This document shows positions 49,201 to 58,300 of a DNA stretch of 64,000 nucleotides, piece after piece. The stretch spans positions 302,001-366,000 of the forward strand of contig NW_018405252.1 of NCBI RefSeq assembly GCF_002113885.1, written 5' to 3'. Source of the stretch: Mizuhopecten yessoensis (lineage: Eukaryota). The translations under genes and the position numbers were made by a program. Numbering within the stretch: the stretch's first letter is position 1; every line of letters starts with the position of its first letter. The notes below the pieces were generated by a model. The model had not been told where the DNA came from. It did not search any database and saw only the letters and a list, made by a program, of their open reading frames with translations.

Positions 49201-52200
49201 CTTGATGGGGAGAATTTTTGATCTGATAAATGACCTTGACCCAATTAAAATTTATAATTATCAAATATGAGAGAAAATTGAGTAAGTCATCTTAAGAACC
49301 ACAAGGCCTGATGAAATGACATTTCGTCTCTAGCTTCCTGGATTAAACCGCTTTCAAGTTCAAGTTTATTCAAATAAACCTCCAGTTCTTTGACTCACTT
49401 TCAAGGTCATAGTGATCAAATGTGTGAGATATTTCTAATGACATCTTCTGAAAGTTAATAGGCCTTTTGTGTATGGTTACACTAGCTAACAATATACAGA
49501 TAAAGTATTGTCATGTTATGTGTTGTTTGGTGTTTAATCTACTGCTTAACAGTCAATGACCTAATGTAGACCTTAGCTACCAAAACTATCCGAAGATAAT
49601 CTGATGTTTAGGTAATATTTTACTGACATAAATTTATGAACAGTTACTAGACATTGTGTCACACAGAACATTCAGTACCATCACTTAAAGTCATTGTTAC
49701 TTAAGAATGTTTTCTTTTTCAGGATCAAGATACAAAACCAGAGGGTCAAGTTCCTAAAAAGAAAGATAAATCTGCAAAGAAGAAAAAGAAGGAATCCAAA
49801 GAGGTAAATTTGAGATCAATGATGAAAACTTTGTTTCACTTTGTCCAAACCATGTTCTTATTGCTTGAAACACTGTAATACAACATCCATAAATGTTACA
49901 TCTAATTTTGTTGTTGTGAAGATATTCAAAACTCTCAAAAACATTAAGTAGTTACCATGTTTTACCAGAGCTAATCCCATGCTTTGATTTTGACTCCTGA
50001 AACTATCTGCTGCAAAACATTGTTAAGTCATCATTAGAAATGACGCAAAAAATGTTATTGTTTTATAGGCAACAAACATAGCAGATGAGAATCAGGAGAC
50101 TGAGGTGTTCTTCATAGACACAGGTGGGAGCTGGCATAAACAGGTAGGATTCTATCTCGCATGACACTGCACTGCATTAGTGTCTGATATATTAAGTAGT
50201 TATTTCCTATCCCATCCTATCAACCAGAGACCTCCAAATCAATTCCAGGCCAGATCCTACACACATGACCAGTTCTTCAAAACTCATGCAGATTTGTTAT
50301 AAATAAATATCCATTTCTTATAATAGCCTGTAGGGTGAATTTCCTATTTTTTGAAGGACCCATTAATAAAGAGTTATTTGATAAATGAATATTTGAAATG
50401 CTGTTTATATGTTTTGTAATTTATTAACATTAAAATATATTGTATTGGTCACCATGATTTTTTTTCTTTAGCTAAGGTGTACATTTTAAAGCCAGCACTA
50501 ACTAAAACATGGCAGAAAACCTTGTCTCCAAACTATTAACTCATTCACCCCTGAAGACACATTTGAACTCTTCCAATTCAAAGGTTGGAATAGTTCATTA
50601 TGAAATTTCAGGGGTGAATGAGTTAAAGACGTTTCAACTTTTATTTTGTTGACTTAAAACAAATAATGATTGCCTTCTATGATGATTAACATGTTAACCC
50701 TCACAGAAGTCCATACTTGTATTGTGTACTATAGACTGGTCAGTCACCTTTTATTATGGACTTCCATTATCAAATATTCATTTTATGTGATCTTTCAGGA
50801 TGACATTGACATTGAAGATAAAGAAGAGAGTGATGACTCCATAACAATAACCGATGTCACATTCGTCGAACAGACAGTAATATCCAGTGATAACGAGGTA
50901 AATTTAAATTCAAGTCTTGATATATGGTGGGTTAAGAGAGGGGAACTTTGTGCTGAATGAATGTTGATGCATGTTTAGTAGCTCAAGAGAGGAAACACTT
51001 TATGTTGTAGGGTCGAAGCTCATGAGAGATAAACTTATTGTTAAAAATTGATGTAGGTGGCTCAGGGGTTAAATTTAGGTTGAAGTGTAGAAACAAGAAA
51101 TGAAAGCCAACATACCATTGTATGACATAGAACATAGGTCTGTGTATCAATTTTAGTATTATTTTCTTTATGGTGGTATTCTACTCCCATAACATGAGAG
51201 GCCGCTGGTCGGCCTTTTTTCAATCGGATGTGATTTTGCCGACTGCGACCTCTCATTTCCGAAGCACTAATTCTTTGATGCAGTTTCCACCCGAAATCCG
51301 GGCGGAACAAAATCGGCTTGAAAAACTCACATAAGTGGTTAACAGTTCATGACAACGATGTCTACTCACGGTTTATATAATATAGATCTCATATATATGT
51401 CACAGACACAAATATATAGTATATTACGGAATAGAACACTCAAAATACATGTCCATGTCGTTGTAGCACATCTCTGACCTACATTTAAAACATGGCTTCT
51501 GGATTAATACAAAATATCAGGGGGGATTTCAAACGGAACGAAATGATACGGAGTTTGTTTGTATTCCGCTTGTGAAACATTACATGTAATCCATTTTTGT
51601 ATTAACCGGAAAAATCATGGCAAATGCTGTCTGCTTCGCTTCGAGTGAGGAAAAACTCATTATTTATGTCTTTGACATGAAATTTTTCTCATATAATCAT
51701 GGATTTATGGAAAGGAATATTTATTGGACCCTTTTGACCATTTAAATGTATGTAAACACGATATAATCTTTCTTAATCCGAACTTTGAAAATGTGATAGT
51801 CAGCATCGGGAAAATCAGCTATGGGCAGTTAGAGGTTACGCGGCGCCTGTCAAAAGTTTTTCGCCGTGTAAAACCTCAACATTGTTGGAGTAGATGGTAT
51901 TCCAACATTTTCACAACATAATGCAATAAAAGACATTGTTGAAAGCACAAATTGTTCATTCTTTTTTGGGATTTTGTGTGCCTTTGAGATTCTCCATACT
52001 TCTTTCTTTTTCTTCTATAAAAACGAAAAAGAAACTTTTTTGTTCAATAATGAGAACTAAGAAATAATAATGGTACAGATATGAACACATTTTCAATTGT
52101 CATAAGCATTTGTTAATGGTGTTTTTTGTCTAATGTTACATTGAATGTCTTAATATCTCTCTATAGGTTTTGTGTCTTCATATTTTTGGGCCAGAACTTG

Positions 52201-55200
52201 TTTATCATTAACAAAGAATTAACGATTATAAATACTTCACCTAAGGATCAATCTAATGCTAATAGTATTATAAATACTTCACCTAAGGATCAATCTAATG
52301 CTAAAAGTATCATAAATACTTCACCTAAGGATCAATCTAATGCTAAAAGTATCGTCGACCCGTGATTTCTAGTTATCCTGTACAATGACTTGTTTATACT
52401 TACTTTGATCAGTGATAGATACCTCTGTAAAATTCAAAGGCTTGCTTACAATTCTTGAGAAGCAAGAAGTGGTGAAGAGTATTATTAATGTAATATACAG
52501 TAAACAAAATTGTATCATATTCCTGTTACTCTTCAGGAAATTATGGCTGATGAAATGGACATACGAGACATGGAGGAGGAGGAAGACGAAGAGGAGGAGG
52601 AAGGCGAAGAGGAGGAGAAGGACATGGACGTCAAAAATGAGGATAGTGACAAGGAAAACATAGAGGAGAAAATGACAGTGAAGGAAAATCTGGAAGAAAC
52701 CACCATAAGACCAATGGACAAAGATTCTGAGGAAAAAGTTATGAACCTCAGTGAAGAAAACGGGTCGGACATTGAGGCAGATACAGAGGAAGATGTTGAT
52801 GTTAACACCGAGGATGCTGAGGATATAGATGAAGATCAAGAGGAAAATATCGAGGGATTTGATTCCGATGATTTAGTGAAACCAGATGAAACAGATGATG
52901 ATGAGTCAGACGAAGTGATTGCTGAAAGTGATGCTGAAGACAATGATGAAGTGGATAGTTTTGAAGTAAAATCTGATCATGGGCAAACAGAAGAAATGCT
53001 AGCATGTTTCGTAAATAAAAGTCCTAGAAGGGAAGATTCAGATGAAATGGAAGTTACCTTATCAACGCCTGACAAGATAGCGGAAAGCGTACCTTTACCA
53101 GAGATACCAGTATCTGGTAAGTCTACACGGCGAAGAAAGGCCGCTACAAACAGTCGGGATACATCAGATCACTCAAGTGGTGAACAACAGATGTTTACTC
53201 CTACTAGAAAACCATCTGCCAATACACCTAGGAACAGATCACCTGGGAAACAGTCCTCTGTCAATACACCTAGGAACAGAGCACCTGAGAAACAGTCCTC
53301 TGTCAAAACACCTAGGAACAGATCACCTGAGAAACAGTCCTCTGTCAATACACCTAGGAATAGATCACCTGAGAAACAGTCATCAGTCAATACACCTAGG
53401 AACAGATCAGCTGAGAAACAGTCTTCTGTCAATACACCTAGGAACAGATCACCTGAGAAACAGTCCTCTGTCAATGCACCTAGGAACAGATCACCTGAGA
53501 AACAGTCCTCTGTCCAAACACCTAGGAACAGATCACCTGAGAAACAGTCCTCTGTCAATACACCTAGGAACAGATCAACTGAGAAACAGTCATCAGTTGT
53601 CAAACCTAAAAACACCTCTCCGGAGAAACGATCATCAGCTATGACGCCTCGTAGTATCTCCCCCAAGAAACGATCGTCTGTTGCCACACCTACCAATATC
53701 GCACCTGAGAAAAGATTGTTCGAGGATGTGATCGGTACCTCAGACGACCCAGACGACTATGTATTTTCACCAAGGAAACTGGGAAAAACTGATGTGCATC
53801 AGATGATTCAAGGAACTACACCTGAGAAAAAAAGAAAGATGAGAAATGGGGAAGTAACAGAGGGAGCGTCATCAGAAACAGCACCAAGGAAAAGCAGGGC
53901 AGCAACTATCAAGTCTCCTGAGAAAAGTCAGCTGAAAGATGGAGCCAACTCCCCAGGAAATTCTGAACTCAAATATGAAATTTTTGAGTTTGAATCCGAT
54001 GAGGAAATGATTATGAAAAAAATCGAAAATAGGCAGAATGCTGAATCTGATCGACAGAAGTCTCCCAATACTAAATCTAACAGGCTGAATTCTCCCAAAA
54101 CTGAACCTAATAGACTGAAATCACCTAAAACTGAAGACAGATTGAAGACTCCGAAAAGTATGAAGGAAGAGAATAAGTCCACTCTGTCTGCTAAAAAATT
54201 GCAAACACCAAGGAACCAAATACAGTACAAGGACGAGGAAGAGATAGCTTCCTCATCAGATAAAGAGGAAGAAATATCGCTACATTTAAGGAGATCCACG
54301 AGGACACCAAAGAAAAGACAGATGGAGGTGTCATCATCTAGTAAACGGATCAAGACAAGAACTGTCACAAGTAACAATGTCTCCTCTTCAATGAAACAGC
54401 CAGAAGAAAGTGTAAATAATTTTGATATAACAGATGTACTATCAGGTGAAATAGGAAACGAAGTGATTCCAGATTCAAATGACTCTGAAAATGAAAGTCC
54501 ATGTGAAGAGGACTTTCCCTTGTTGAGTTCCCCTGTTAAAGAAAGTCACCAGGTGCCTTCAAGTTTTAATAAAACCCTTCATACAAAACAGACTGAACGG
54601 ACAGAAGTATATATTGACACTCAAAGTCCAGCAAAATCCAAGAAGACTTTATCTAAGACCCCTACTGAGAAATTCACGTCTGTTAAATCTCTCAATTTAC
54701 AACCTTCTCCTGGAATCGTTGATCAGCCTTCTCCTACTAAAGGTCAGTCCAACAGGAGGAAGGCTCGCTCCAGTACTAGTGTTGTCTCCAATTCAGTAAG
54801 CAATGGGGTTGATTCTGCAGTGTTGGCGCTTACCACAGAAAACCTAGCAGCAATGGCATCTCCAGGAAAACGATACTCCTTGAGGGCTACCAGGAAACGC
54901 AGGGAATCGGGGACTTCAGATGTTAGTGACCTTTCCTTAGTGACACGGTCGAGGAAAAGTGTTTCTGGATATGTGGACTCTACGTTGGAAAGTTCAAAAA
55001 AATATTCAATGACAGGAAATGATGAGTCCAACTCTGTCAGTGGCTCACCTGACAGAACTCAAGGTCGCTCAAGGTTGCAGACATTGGACGAGAACTCTTC
55101 TAATTTGATGATGGTCACAGACAAAAACTTCATCTTCTCAGAGAAGGTAAGGACATGGTGTGGGATGTTTTGTTTTATTTTGGTTATTAAACCTGTAACC

Positions 55201-55356
55201 TGTTTAATATCTTGTAATTTCCCAATATATGTTATACACACATTATATGAAGATGTCACAGTTTATTTACATAGTTGTTGCCTTTTGTAAGAATACAGAC
55301 TTGTTTAGAAAGGTAGCAAGTTCCTTTTAACTTTTTTGTTCGGGCATTTTGAAGAA

Positions 55357-55397
<41 letters not shown>

Positions 55398-58300
55398 TGT
55401 ACTTGTATGTGTAGATGGTTGAAGGCACCAGAGTTGACCTTTGACTTACAATTCTTGTTTAAAGTGTAGAAATGATAAACCTGTATAAACCAACATACAT
55501 TGTACCATATCAATGTGTCATTAATTATACTTGCAGGAAACACAGACTCCATCTTCAAGGAGGTAAGTAAGACGAGTTCATTTTAAACGAGTATATGATT
55601 AATATTCAGAATGAAATTCATCAGTTTGTTACAAATAATAAATGCTAAGTTTATTTTGAACACAAACAGTATTTGAAAACTGACTTCGCGAGCTTTTGAA
55701 AACGTCTGTTTCCTTTGTCAAGCAAAGAGAGCAAATAGCCAGTATAACAACTCTAACAGCTGACAAAGGAAGTCGACCTTTCAAATAGTCAGTATAACAA
55801 CTGTAACAGCTGACAAAGGATGTCAACCTTTCAAATAGTCAGTATAACAACTCTAACAGCTGACAAAGGATGTCAACCTTTCAAATAGCCAGTATAACAA
55901 CTCTAACAGCTGACAAGGATGTCAACCTTTCAAATAGCCAGTATAACAACTCTAACAGCTGACAAAGGATGTCAACCTTTCAAATAGTCAGTATAACAAC
56001 TCTAACAGCTGACAAAGGAAGTCAACCTTTCAAATAGTCAGTATAACAACTCTAACAGCTGACAAAGGATGTCAACCTTTCAAATAGTCAGTATAACAAC
56101 TCTAACAGCTGACAAAGGAAGTCAACCTTTCAAATAGTCAGTATAACAACTCTAACAGCTGACAAAGGATGTCAACCTTTCAAATAGTCAGTATAACAAC
56201 TCTAACAGCTGACAAAGGAAGTCAACCTTTCAAATAGTCAGTATAACAACTCTAACAGCTGACAAAGGATGTCAACCTTTCAAATAGTCAGTATAACAAC
56301 TCTAACAGCTGACAAAGGAAGTCAACCTTTCAAATAGTCAGTATAACAACTCTAACAGCTGACAAAGGATGTCAACCTTTCAAATAGTCAGTATAACAAC
56401 TCTAACAGCTGACAAAGGAAGTCAACCTTTCAAATAGTCAGTATAACAACTCTAACAGCTGACAAAGGATGTCAACCTTTCAAATAGTCAGTATAACAAC
56501 TCTAACAGCTGACAAAGGAAGTCAACCTTTCAAATAGTCAGTATAACAACTCTAACAGCTGACAAAGGATGTCAACCTTTCAAATAGTCAGTATAACAAC
56601 TCTAACAGCTGACAAAGGAAGTCAACCTTTCAAATAGTCAGTATAACAACTCTAACAGCTGACAAAGGATGTCAACCTTTCAAATAGTCAGTATAACAAC
56701 TCTAACAGCTGACAAAGGAAGTCAACCTTTCAAATAGTCAGTATAACAACTCTAACAGCTGACAAAGGATGTCAACCTTTCAAATAGTCAGTATAACAAC
56801 TCTAACAGCTGACAAAGGAAGTCAACCTTTCAAATAGTCAGTATAACAACTCTAACAGCTGACAAAGGATGTCAACCTTTCAAATAGTCAGTATAACAAC
56901 TCTAACAGCTGACAAAGGAAGTCAACCTTTCAAATAGTCAGTATAACAACTCTAACAGCTGACAAAGGATGTCAACCTTTCAAATAGTCAGTATAACAAC
57001 TCTAACAGCTGACAAAGGAAGTCAACCTTTCAAATAGTCAGTATAACAACTCTAACAGCTGACAAAGGATGTCAACCTTTCAAATAGTCAGTATAACAAC
57101 TCTAACAGCTGACAAAGGAAGTCAACCTTTCAAATAGTCAGTATAACAACTCTAACAGCTGACAAAGGATGTCAACCTTTCAAATAGTCAGTATAACAAC
57201 TCTAACAGCTGACAAAGGAAGTCAACCTTTCAAATAGTCAGTATAACAACTCTAACAGCTGACAAAGGATGTCAACCTTTCAAATAGTCAGTATAACAAC
57301 TCTAACAGCTGACAAAGGAAGTCAACCTTTCAAATAGTCAGTATAACAACTCTAACAGCTGACAAAGGATGTCAACCTTTCAAATAGTCAGTATAACAAC
57401 TCTAACAGCTGACAAAGGAAGTCAACCTTTCAAATAGTCAGTATAACAACTCTAACAGCTGACAAAGGATGTCAACCTTTCAAATAGTCAGTATAACAAC
57501 TCTAACAGCTGACAAAGGAAGTCAACCTTTCAAATAGTCAGTATAACAACTCTAACAGCTGACAAAGGATGTCAACCTTTCAAATAGTCAGTATAACAAC
57601 TCTAACAGCTGACAAAGGAAGTCAACCTTTCAAATAGTCAGTATAACAACTCTAACAGCTGACAAAGGATGTCAACCTTTCAAATAGTCAGTATAACAAC
57701 TCTAACAGCTGACAAAGGAAGTCAACCTTTCAAATAGTCAGTATAACAACTCTAACAGCTGACAAAGGATGTCAACCTTTCAAATAGTCAGTATAACAAC
57801 TCTAACAGCTGACAAAGGAAGTCAACCTTTCAAATAGTCAGTATAACAACTCTAACAGCTGACAAAGGATGTCAACCTTTCAAATAGTCAGTATAACAAC
57901 TCTAACAGCTGACAAAGGAAGTCAACCTTTCAAATAGTCAGTATAACAACTCTAACAGCTGACAAAGGATGTCAACCTTTCAAATAGTCAGTATAACAAC
58001 TCTAACAGCTGACAAAGGAAGTCAACCTTTCAAATAGTCAGTATAACAACTCTAACAGCTGACAAAGGATGTCAACCTTTCAAATAGTCAGTATAACAAC
58101 TCTAACAGCTGACAAAGGAAGTCAACCTTTCAAATAGTCAGTATAACAACTCTAACAGCTGACAAAGGATGTCAACCTTTCAAATAGTCAGTATAACAAC
58201 TCTAACAGCTGACAAAGGAAGTCAACCTTTCAAATAGTCAGTATAACAACTCTAACAGCTGACAAAGGATGTCAACCTTTCAAATAGTCAGTATAACAAC

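Noticed and set aside
52126-52365. ORF with INTSPKDQSNAKSI repeats resembling the coding 14-aa repeat
   Set aside because: Only weak DNA similarity, ends in a stop with no good donor; treated as an intronic minisatellite.
52369-55259. Antisense and shifted ORFs over the gene 2 large exon
   Set aside because: Shadows of acidic and 42-bp-repeat coding sequence.
55364-55393. Long poly-G/C tracts (also near 6119-6140 and 12447-12464)
   Set aside because: Simple homopolymers of unreliable length with no supporting context.
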